Below, piece after piece: positions 53,466 to 64,000 of a stretch of DNA of 64,000 nucleotides. Origin of the DNA: Podarcis bocagei. Its lineage: Eukaryota. How positions within the stretch are numbered: position 1 is the first letter of the stretch; each line of letters begins with the position of its first letter. Under the pieces are notes generated by a model, which did no database searches, was not told the origin of the DNA, and saw nothing but the letters and a program-made list of their open reading frames with translations. A program made the position numbers and the translations under genes. The DNA lies in assembly GCA_964188305.1 (NCBI GenBank), contig OZ076887.1; one strand, written 5' to 3'.

Positions 53466-54646
53466 ATGAAGGTGGGGGAGCAGCCTAATTTCTCCCCATG
53501 TAGTAGAATACTGTCTGCATATTTCATCTCCTATTGTGCTCCTCCTATTATCCTATTCATTATAGAAACCTGCTATTTAAAAAAATGAAAGCTTTGAGTT
53601 TGAGGATTATGGTTCAGTCAAGAGAGAGGTGCAACTGCCTGTCCCCATGGATATCTCCTCCTATTTAGGACCTCTAAGGATGGCTAAGTGGCCAAAGCAT
53701 GGGGAGTGCATCAAGGCTCAAAGTATATGGGTTCAGGGGTGTTATGTAACATTCTGCTAATTTCTTCATGAAGTTATGCCAAGCTATCCAAATCTTCCTA
53801 TATGCTGAACCCTGTGAGAATGGACATTACATCTCAGGGATGGCTGCCAAATCAATTTTTTAGGGAGTTTGAAGAAAATGGCATTTAAGCCAATGGACGA
53901 ATAAAGAGAATTTGCCATATGAAAATAGCGGAAATGGATGTTTGTTGCAGGAATCATTAAGTGGATGTGTAACATTCAGATTTGGGGTAAGAGAAAAGAA
54001 ATTATATCACCATAATGGTCTTCATAGTGCAGGAAAGGGAAACTTACTGTGTATGATGTGATTTAGTGAAGTGAGAACTATGTTTGAATATACTCTCACT
54101 TCTGTGTTACAATTCAAACATGGAAAAAGATTTATTATTCATTGTTTTAAATAAATGTCCATCAATTCGAAAAAGTCAAACTTTTATTACAGAAACAGGT
54201 GCCACTTTTTCTCCCCTCTACTCTTTTAGGACAATGGCAACTGCTTGCCAAGTTCCTGAATTTTTTGATGATCAAAGAGGAAGTGCTCTCTAGCATGGAA
54301 GACTTAAATGAGCAGGAAGTACCTAAGAGTGAGTGTTTGCTGAACCCTTTCTGTACCTGCAATTCATTTATTAAGCCACGACAGGTATGTGATGCTTTGC
54401 CAAGAATACGTGTTTTTTTAACCAATGAGATGTTCTGAACCATCCATGACTGGGAAACGCAAAGAAGGGAGGAAACAGCAATATCTATACGTTAGCAATT
54501 ATGTTTTGTAATACAAATTTATCTTTGGGCTTGCATCCTTTGAAATCATGATTTGGTGATGTACGAAAATGCTCTTTGCAAATGTTGCCATAAAAAGGAT
54601 CTAGATATATCTAAAGCAGTGAATCTCAGAATTATCAGTTACGTAC

Positions 54647-54802
54647 ATGATGTTTGGCCAGCTCAATTTCAATAGCCTTGGGGTCACCACCCACAGGTTT
54701 CTGTTCATTCAGCAAGTCCTCTGTATGGGTGAGCCATGCGAGCAACTCATCCAGGGCATGTTGGAACTGCCCCAAAGCCAACAAAGCGCCTTCCAGCTTA
54801 TG
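54647..54802 (-). CDS. DST: DST exon, spectrin repeat ([24 protein letters not shown]...ELAKHH), 156 nt
   Basis: cag acceptor, gtacgt donor; read by hand, not in the ORF track. Confidence 0.93.
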
Positions 54803-56019
54803 CTGTAAAAAAAAGGGGGGGGAATGGATGGAATTATTACTTTATGTTAAGGCCACAAGTGATTTAAAATGTCCTAAGTTGCATCAAGCCTCAAATGAAT
54901 GATTGCAATAAGGCAAGAGTGGTCAGCAAGGAGGTGCGTCACTATACACCTGGCCTCCTGGCAGTGGAGCTGCTTCCAACTATTGAGAGGTGAGGCAGCC
55001 AGCAGCTGCACAACACTGTGCAGGTTGAACAGCAGAGCCTATCTAGCACTCCCACCAACATGTCCACCCAACACTCAACCTCCCCACCACCTTCTCCTGC
55101 ACCCTCCTGGTGAGCAGCAGCAAATCCACTGCCAGGATGCCAGAGGCAAAGCGCCGCCCCCGCCCCCTTGTCACCAACTGCTCCTGGAGTAAGAGATGCC
55201 ATCCCAATTTTATGTAATGTGCTTGAATGCAGCAACATTATCTGAAAACAATTGTAGACAGGGGACACAAAGTTAAAAGTTCTTTTGCAATTATTTATTT
55301 TTAGAAATCCATCCCAGGGTGAGCTGTAATATAAAAGGCATCATTTTATCATCCAAGGAACTTGGATAGTTAGTCAAAGAGACAGAGTTGCTCAACACCA
55401 ACCAGTGAGCTTCGTGTTTGGGTCAGAATTTGAAAATGGAGCTCCACCACCAGTCTCTCCCCATGTACCTCATATGTCTGATTTAATATTGTGGTGCAGC
55501 AACTTACAATAAACCACTGACCCTAAACACACTGGAATATGTCCTCCTGCCATCTGCTTGGGGCAGGACTAGAATATTTTTTGCTAATGCACTTTGGTGA
55601 ACCCATAGAAATAAATAAAAATAACTACAGTGTACAGCTTCTAGCTTCATAGCTACAACAACAACAGCCAGATTTGCAGGAAACATCTGTTGCCCGGAAG
55701 CTTATTGGAAACTGCTCCATGTGGCAGCTGTCTCCTTGGGTCAAATTGCTCTTCTGTAGTGGCTCAATTTGTGGATCGGAAGATTTTGACCATGCTACCC
55801 TAAAATATAGCCCAATTTAAAGTTTGCATTGCATTTCCATACCAGTGCAGAAAATCCCCTAAGCTCAGGGTTTCCAAACCCCTTTCCCTCCCATGACCAC
55901 TAAAAAATGTTGATGGCCTTGTTGGGCCATTCCATGATTTTTCTGTCTGTTATAGCAACTGTAATGTAACGTGCTAGATGCTGTATGATTTTAAGTGATA
56001 TTTTTATTGCTTTGTATTT

Positions 56020-56215
56020 CATAGAACTGTAGAGGTGGAAGGGACCCTGAGGGTCATCTAGTCCAACCTCCTGCAAATCAGGAATCTCAGCTAAAGCATC
56101 CATGACAGAGGGCCATCCAACCTACTTAAAAACCTCCAAGGAAGGAGAGTCCACCACCTTCTGAGGGAGTCCGTTTCACTGTCGAACAGCTCTTACTGTC
56201 AGAAAGTTATTTCCA
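56020..56215 (-). mobile_element. CR1 LINE 3' end
   Basis: CATAGAACTGTAGAGGTGGAAGGGACC...TCTAGTCCAACC. Confidence 0.75.
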
Positions 56216-56544
56216 ATGTATTGTATTTTGCTGTATTACAATTTGCATTCCAATCAATTCAAATTGTACTACACTAAAAATACAATGCAATATGTTAACT
56301 GAAAATAATAAATAAAAAACTGTTAAAAAGTAATATGAGTATTTGATGCCGACCTGCTATGGACTACCTGAATGAAAGGCCACAGTTTTGAGAACTTCTT
56401 CCCTAGCTCATGCAATAAACTTTGACACACAAGCGAGTTTCCACGTAGAAACTGTTGCTATTGAAATTTCAGAGCACGAGTGCCAGAGAACATGCATTTC
56501 ATGGCAACATAAGGCAGAATATTACCCTTTCAGTTTCCATTTAC

Positions 56545-56718
56545 CTGGCGGCTAACAATTTTATCCTCCAGACTTTCCCACAACAGCTTAAGTTCAGACA
56601 AAGGGTCTTGTACGGTATGCTTATCACTCTCCTCTGTCACCTTCTTCAACAACAGCTCTGCTTGGTGGTTCAGCCGTTCCATTTCAATCTGCTGCTGATA
56701 GGCTTCTTTCTTAAATTG
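56545..56718 (-). CDS. DST: DST exon, spectrin repeat ([16 protein letters not shown]...IVSRQ), 174 nt
   Basis: cag acceptor, gtaaat donor, phase 0/0. Confidence 0.93.
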
Positions 56719-57756
56719 CTGTGGAAACCAAGGAAGACAATAGTCAACAATGAATATCACCCAGAGAAGAGTGCTTAGTAGGATGCTCTGTCCTTACTTC
56801 AAAATTGCCAAATAGGTCACACTGGATATATCTGCCCCTGGATTTCCAACAACTAAGGCATGTGTTTCCTCCAAATGAGCACAGAAGGCACACTTCACTC
56901 TTGCACCGGAAAATAAAATGCATCCAGCATGCAAAAGCAGGAACTTTTAAAACAAATTTAAAAATCAGTTTGTGTGTGCGCGCACGTGCATGCAGTAGCA
57001 GCTGTTGCACCTGAGTGTGTGTTTCCTGTCTTCCCAATGCCATCCATTGCTGCTGCTTATCAAGCGGGACAGTAGCAGAGCCAAGGCAACAGGTGTGGGT
57101 ACAGCAGTGGGAGCATGAGACTGGGTCCACCACTGCTCCTGCGCCATGTCGAGCTCTTGTTGCATTCACCCTACCCCTCTTGGTAAGCAGCATGGCATTG
57201 GAAAGAGAGGTGAGAAACATAGCTTGTTGGCTGCGACAATGCACACGCACAGAGAGATATTAATGTCTGCATTCATTGAGGGTTAGAATATAGCTTTACC
57301 TGTACAATGATATTTTGTGGCTCTCTCTTGTCCGTTGTTATATTTACCTGACTGTTGACCCAGTCTGCTCTGACATTAGTGTTGTTTTCTACAATTTTTG
57401 GTGGTGTTATTTCATGTTTTATTGGATTTATACTTTAAATTCTTTTAATTGTTTGACACTCCTGTGGTTATGGAGTAACTAATCAATGTAATAAATAAAT
57501 TAGCTGAATCCAGAAGAGTCTACCCCTTGTATTTTTACATGAGTCACAGTTCTGGGCATGCATTTTCTTAATATCATTACATCTCTGAATTAGATGTAAT
57601 TATAAATAAATGCAGAGATGTGGAAGACACTTCAGCAACCAATCACCAATGTGAGAATGTGCTCGAGGCTTTAGTGACATTAGTTTCCCCACCAACTGCA
57701 TGACTTATGGGATACACAGAATTTCTGTTGCTAGAGGAATGTTGCTAGCCTTAGAG

Positions 57757-59261
57757 CACGGGTGTCAAACACAAGGCCCGTGGGCCGAATCCGGCCCGCC
57801 AGACCTCGTCATGTGGCCCGTGTACATTTGAATATCTACTTATATTCTAGTTCCGGGCAAGCGGCTTCTCTGAAAGACAGGAACCAGCCGCAGCCCCGGG
57901 TTCTTATTCCCCTCCCTTCCTTTTGCTGCAGAGAGGAAGCGAGAACTGCAACGAGCCCTGGAGCTGGGAAGAGGGCGCGTGGGTGGCTGAGTTGGAGGGT
58001 GAAGATTTGGGTTGGGCAAGAAGGATCAAGGGTCGGGAGCGAAAGCGCAAGTCAGGGCTCCCTCGCCACCCCCCACCCCCCTCTTAGGACATCCGAGCAG
58101 ACCCCGCAGCGCAGGCAGCCGTGAATGGGGTGGGGGAAGGAAGGTGAGAGAGACCACCAATCCGGGCCAGCTGTGCCCAAAGAGGGTCGACGATCCAGCT
58201 GCGCCGCAGCCCGCCCGCCCCCCCCCAACGCAAAGATCAGCCACACAAGCTCGCCAGCCGAGCTCCAGGACGCGGGCCTGACCGAGTCCCCGGCGCAGCC
58301 ACCGAAGCTAGCAAATGCACGGGAGCAGCAGGGTGAGAAGAAGCCAGGCTCTGGTTAGGCTTCGCCAAAAATGCTGTAGGTGTGAGGCTGCGCGGCACGC
58401 TTTTTATACAGCGCACTGTATCCCTCCGCCAGAGCAGCGCCTTCTTTTCCCCTCTCCCTCCTGGGACTGGGGCATGTGGCAGCAGAGTGACTGCAGCAGG
58501 CAGTCTTGCCCCCTCCCCTCCCCTCCCCACACCCGGCCCGGCCCCTCCCCCGCTCCCTCCCAGGCGGCGAGGAGGAGGAGGAGAGGGGTCGCTGGGTGCG
58601 CGCTCCATCTCCCTCCAAGGAAACGGCGGGCAGCAGCAGCCAGCGCATTGGCTTCGGAGCGCCTGCCAGGGGTTGCAGTAGATGCTGCTCGCGGCTTAGG
58701 CAGCTTCTGTGTTCCTGCTTTGGTCCGAGAGGCCGAGCTGTTCCGCAGCAGGCAGGGAGAAGGGCAGGCTGTGTGTCTGCTGCTTCCCTCGGAAGCCCCG
58801 AGGTGCAGAAGCCTGGCAATAAAAACAAGAGCGAAAAGGGGCCTGGCGAGGATGCGTTTGGGGCCGAACCTACTGTTAGGCAGAGTGAGGAGGAGAGATC
58901 TTGGGGCGACTGGTTTGGGTGTGGGGGGAGAGCAAGAAGAGGAAGCAAATTCTTGCCTAGTTCACTTATTGTTTCTGGAGTTTTGCTCCCAGGAAGAAGG
59001 AGAGGAACCTGTGGGAATTCGCAATATCCGCAATAGCCAGCCGTGTACATTTGAATATCTACTTGCCATTATTCTGACTATGTTTCTGCTTTCAGAGCTA
59101 GTTATTACTTAGATTATTACAAAAAACAGTAATAATTGAATGCAGTGACAATAATTTATGATAATAAAGAGTGGACACATAGTCCTACAGATACAACCGG
59201 CCCTTTGAGGGTGACCAAACTGCTGATGCGGCCCCCGATGAATTTGAGTTTGACACCCCTG
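57757..59261. mobile_element. Non-autonomous hAT (Charlie/Buster-like) element, 1505 bp, with GC-rich cargo
   Basis: TIRs CACGGGTGTCAAAC / CAGGGGTGTCAAAC; perfect 8-bp TSD CCTTAGAG (57749-57756, 59262-59269); GGCCC sub-terminal repeats. Confidence 0.93.
58375..58655 (-). promoter_or_regulatory. Promoter-like module inside the hAT cargo: CCAAT, GC/CACCC boxes, TATA, initiator
   Basis: On -: AGCCAATGCG (ATTGG at 58647-58651), G-tracts ~58509-58560, TATAAAAAG 58408-58400, pyrimidine-A start ~31 nt downstream; CpG-rich. Confidence 0.6.
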
Positions 59262-62200
59262 CCTTAGAGGAAATGGCAACAGCCGTTCCAGGGGTCATAT
59301 CCCGGTTTCCAAATGCACACAGCAGCATGGAGCTCAAGGCAGATAGCCATGTGGACATGTCCATAATACATCCTTATTCAAAATATCCCTACAGTGTTTG
59401 CAAAAAGCATGGAGGAAGAAAAACCACCCAACGGAGAATTTTTTTCATCTGATATTAATTTTGGTTGTGAAAAAGACAAACTCTATATCATGAGTTTTGA
59501 ATGTCAGTGGTTGATGTTAACAAATGCTTTCTCTTTTGTCAAAAGGCATTTCTTCAAAGCTTTAAAAACATGCTCATTGAGAAGGTTGTTAAACCTGTTA
59601 AGTATAGGGACCCACAGACCAAGAACAGCTATGCAAATCTAGATGAGCCAGACAGAGAAGAGGAAGGGAATCCTTTGCACACCCAAAGCTTGTTGAAGAT
59701 CCAAGGCAGAAGGATTCATCAATAACTTCTTTCTGCCCTCAGCACACTCTGCAAGTCATTGGGCGGCCAGCCAACACTCTCTGAAGCCTCCCTGCTGTGA
59801 CCCATTCACAAAATCCTATTCCCTATCCAGACTAACATCCTTTACCAAAGATACACACTGATTCAATAAGAGAGAAGTGAGAAATGTAGAAGGGCTTCCC
59901 CCTCACCCCTGTTACTGTATACCCATGGGTCAAGGTGATGCATCACTATCAGCACTCTGCTCTGTTTTGATGATCTCTTAATCCCCGCTTTCATTTTTAG
60001 AAGTAATTTCTTAACCCTAATTTTCAATCTCCAACCCCTGCTGAGAGACAGGGCTTAAATATTGGCTGTTAAATTTCCTGTTTAATTTCCCAACATATTG
60101 AAGCCCTGCTTTGCACATACAATAACAGGGCTGGAGTGGATTCATCCAGTCTAATCCTGTGCCCTAAAACAGGATATCCTATACCATCTCTGCTTCCTGT
60201 GCAAAGCACACAGCAGCATCCAGGTATTATGAAAAGAATGAGTCATATTTCCATTCCAAATATTGCTTTTAGAGTTGGCTGGGGATTTTGCTTTATAGTC
60301 CAGTGGGCTGCGGTGGAAATGAAGAGATCTATGATGTTTAGGACTAATCCATGGTATGAAGAATGACAGGCTTTGCAGGAACTTGTGCACATTCTAAAAG
60401 GGAAGCTGGGTGTCATAAAAGTAATTGATGCAGTGATGAAAAAATAACCGCTCTTGAAAAAAATCCACAATTAACTCGGAGAGGAAACTGATGTCATATT
60501 ACTTTCAGACTCAGAAAGGCTGTAGATTTTTAAACAACATGCCCATACGAAAATAATTTACTTTTTGTTACAGACTGAATGCAAAGTGATTTGGAAACTA
60601 ACACTAACAGAAAGTTGTACATCCATAAGAAGCTACTGTTTCATACCTTCATTTCTTCTGTCTGTTGTTTTACTGTTTCTAGGTCTGTTCCAACTGGTGA
60701 CATTGCAGCTAATTTACTGCCAGCGATATCCACCCAGTCAAATATGGCCTGTAAACATATTGAATAAGAGTAAGAACATCAGATGAAATAGTAGTCCAAG
60801 TAATGCTATAGCATAGCATGGCCTCATAGTAGGTGCAACATAATAATAATTGATCTGTGAATGCCACTAAGTACTGTATATTTGCTACTGAATAAAATTG
60901 TAAGTATTACAGGCAACAACTGTTTCATGCTTGTCCAATATGTGCATAACTGTGAACATGTGCATCACCACAACCTGGAAATGGTCTGAGGGGGGGGGGC
61001 AGAGGCATAATGGGGCAGAGTGGGCTTATGCACACCCCACTGATGTGCACGGGGGTCAGGAACATAACCCTCACACAACACAGTTGTTGCCTGTTCAAAT
61101 AATTTAGAATTTTCTGCTGGGTTTTTCCACTGTGACAACTTTTTGTGCACTTCTCCATTTTTGAATATAAGAGTTGTCAAATATTTTTATCCTCAGAAAA
61201 CCTACAATTGGGGCATCAATGGAGAATCTTGTGGTGTCTTAAGAACTAACCAAATTATTGTCACGTATTTGTTGCAATCCTCTAATACCTACCTGCGAAT
61301 AAGTTTCATTGGGTCATGCCTAGAATTGAACTGTTAGTCTTTAAAGTGCCACAAATCTCTTTGTTGTTTTTGAGATAACAGATATTGTGATCTGGCTATC
61401 CTTCTGGAATGTATGAGTCAAATGATTTATTAAAATTCTCAAGATATCTGAAGGTCTTTAGAGGAAGCTCAGAGGATGATATTCAAACACTCTCCCGGTG
61501 CCATATCTATGACTCAAGATGGGTAAAAATGCAGCAGAGGGAGCCAGATTTTCATAACATTCAAGGACATTTCATAACATTGGATAGCAAAGGCCACTTC
61601 ACTCCCCATTAATGAGGTGTGAACTACTACCGGGGATCATACATCAGCTATGCCTGAGCAGTTGTGTTCACACTTCACCTCCAACTTGGCAGCAGGTATT
61701 CCATTTAAGAGCATGCATACATGTGCATGTCAATATATCAAAGAGCACCTCTCCCACCCCAATAAAATCTAGGAACTAGCCTGCTTAGTTCCATTTGGTG
61801 GGAAAGATCCACATCTTTTTGGAGTGCGCACTGCTTCTTCAAGTGTCTTCCAGACATAATGTCATACTGGAGACAATGCAGGATAAAGACTAAGAAACTG
61901 GTGGCTTTTAGGTTAGGAATTAAAGCCAAGTAATGAAAGCTGAAATATAGAAATAAGCACGTTGCTGGGACCCTCTGGTCAAAGATAGTCTTTTTTTAAA
62001 AAAAAAACACAAAAGAAAAACCAAAGTCTAAAAAGTAATTGGGCATAATGTTACGGTGTTGTCCTGCCTCTTAACATTTTACCATGGTCCAACGTGCAAT
62101 GCAGTTTCTAATGCAGAGATGGGGAACCCTTTTTCCAGACTGTAGTCCACAATAGTGAGCAAGCCCAGAGGCAAAGTGGGTAAGGCAACTAATCTACAGT

Positions 62201-62639
62201 TTACCTTCATATAGCAGGCTTGATTCTACACACACTTACACACTCCACTCCATACTCTCATCCAGGATACTAAGAGGCACTATCAGAGTTCAAGAACACA
62301 ATCCAGCCAGGCAAAAACACTCAAAGTGGGTATAAAGTAAGGTTGACTGTGACCTGGGGTGAATGCAAAGGGCCAGGCAGAGAGGGCTGGAGGGCTGCTT
62401 TGGTCTCCCCCGCCCAGGCATGAGGGTCCTCATCCTTGTTCCAACAGGTAGTTAGTTATTCTATCTTTACAAGCAATGCATGTGATCCAAAGCAGTGAAA
62501 CGGGAACCTCATTTACAATTTACAAATGATCCAAAGATCTGCTGAGCAGATAAAATTTAGCAAGGCCAGTGATGAAATATGATAATTTTGGAATATGTGG
62601 GATGTTGCTCACTGAATAGAATCAAATCACCATCAGATA

Positions 62640-62963
62640 AGTTATGGATGGCAACATGAGAACAGGCCTTCTCTGCAGTGGCACCCCGTCTGTGGAATGC
62701 TCGCCCCAGGAAGGTTTGCTTGGCGCCTTCATTATACACATTTTAGGTACAGGCGGAAACGTTCCTTTTTAATCAGGCCTTTGGTTGATTTGATTAACAT
62801 CCTATGCCCTTTTAAAATGTGGTTCTTTGGGGGGGGGGTTATTGGGTTGTTGTTTTTATTTTGATTATATATTTTGCGGTTTTATATTTTGACTTTGTTC
62901 TGTGAACTGCCCTGAGATCCAGAGGTATGGGGCGGTACATAAATTCTAACAACAACAACAACA
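62640..62963 (+). mobile_element. L2 LINE 3' end with (AAC)n tail
   Basis: AGGCCTTCTCTGCAGTGGCACCCCGTCTGTGGAATGC...GGGCGGTACATAAAT. Confidence 0.72.
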
Positions 62964-64000
62964 AATCAATAGGAATATGTTCAGATTAAAACCTGGTTAT
63001 AGGATCAGTTACAATCACATAGGTAAATGCTATAAAATTGACCTTCAAACCTTGTGATATGGAAAAGCTATCTTTATTGAAATAAGCAATTAGCAATCTT
63101 TCTAGAATTGATCTGTTGATCAAAAACTGACATATACATATTGTACAGTGGTGAGGGAAAAAAGAGATGTTAAAATTTTAGATAAACTACTTTTAACATT
63201 TTTGTTCCTAGCACTGTTTAACCACTTTTCTTTTAAAAAATGTGCTTGAAAAATCATCAGCTAATTTTAGCCCTCCTATTACACACCCAGTGTACCTGAA
63301 CTATAACCTGAACCTTATCAATAGATGGTTAGGAAGCTAGCAGCCATAAAATGTGAAGATATTCAATTATAGACATGCTTCTATTGGAGACAAATTTCAT
63401 GTCAACTACCATGACATATCAGCAAATTAAAATGTATAGAATCTACCAAGTGAATCTTTTGTCCAAACTACAAAGGACCTTGCCAAAAAAAGCTCTCCTC
63501 CCCCCCCCCCCCCCCGTTTTGGTTTGAATGTCACCATCTCACATTTTGTCTGAGCTAAATGTATCATAATGACCAAACTCTTTCAGCGGAGGTCTCTTGA
63601 TCTACTGATGCATCCTCATTTTACTGGCATATAGGTCTTAAACAGATGCAACAAAAAGTCATGGTTTTTCATTATGTGAATGACCAGCAGCAAGTCTCAG
63701 GATCATGTGCTCCTCGTCTCCTTTCCCCCACTTCAAACGTGAAGTGGTAGAAATGTGAAGCCTTCATTATCGGTTTGTAACAAACCATGATTTCCTGTTC
63801 CATCAAAAACTGAGAACGTGAGGCATCCAAACCAGCATTTGATAATTTGCACTAACGTGTTTGTTACAAACTACAACTAAAGCTTTACATTTGTTCCTCC
63901 AATGCATAAAGGGGAGGGAAATGGAAGAGGGGAAAACATATGAATTTGATGATTGCCCTGGTTTGTACACGTAACAGCAAACCAAGGTTTGTCTCTACAT

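Larger units (their letters stand above)
13756..56718 (-). other. DST: Dystonin (DST/BPAG1) gene, 3' portion: 26 coding exons; gene continues beyond the right end of the window
   Basis: Spliced translation gives spectrin repeats, EF-hands, GAR domain and C-terminus ...[24 protein letters not shown], matching recalled DST rather than MACF1; all introns GT-AG with consistent phases. Confidence 0.96.

Noticed and set aside
13756-56718. MACF1 as the gene identity
   Set aside because: The C-terminus KLDKSSKR and the [19 protein letters not shown] exon match DST; MACF1 ends differently (recalled ...PRTPGPKR).
58315-59112. Long overlapping ORFs (265, 231 and 176 aa) in the GC-rich cargo
   Set aside because: Low-complexity R/G/P/A products open in several frames on both strands, as expected from stop-codon scarcity in GC-rich DNA; no domain or transposase motif recognised.
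59262-64000. Further upstream DST exons
   Set aside because: No spectrin-repeat coding segment with splice sites was recognised; the next exon probably lies beyond the window.

Overview
Vertebrate genomic DNA, most likely a lacertid lizard (inferred from the Sauria/Squam SINE, L2/CR1 and MITE content). The minus strand carries the 3' end of dystonin (DST/BPAG1, a spectraplakin). I traced 26 GT-AG coding exons between 56718 and the TAG stop at 13756-13758. They total 3891 nt (1296 aa plus stop) with consistent phases and encode spectrin repeats, two EF-hands, the GAR/GAS2 domain, and the GSR/SxIP tail ending KLDKSSKR. Three frame-neutral cassette exons (18, 69 and 111 nt) are included, followed by a ~0.8 kb 3' UTR. 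Introns and the downstream intergenic region hold many Tc1/mariner (Tigger/Tc2-like) MITEs, hAT elements, SINEs, LINE fragments, microsatellites and a 143-N assembly gap. The most unusual observation is two ~1.5 kb non-autonomous hAT elements from different families (23389-24882 and 57757-59261). Each has TIRs and a perfect 8-bp TSD, and each carries ~1.1-1.2 kb of GC-rich cargo resembling a captured gene 5' end. The second cargo has a CCAAT/GC-box/TATA/initiator arrangement in the DST sense orientation and is bracketed by a 24-bp direct repeat. This is a candidate Pack-hAT promoter-capture system; the cargo donors were not identified.
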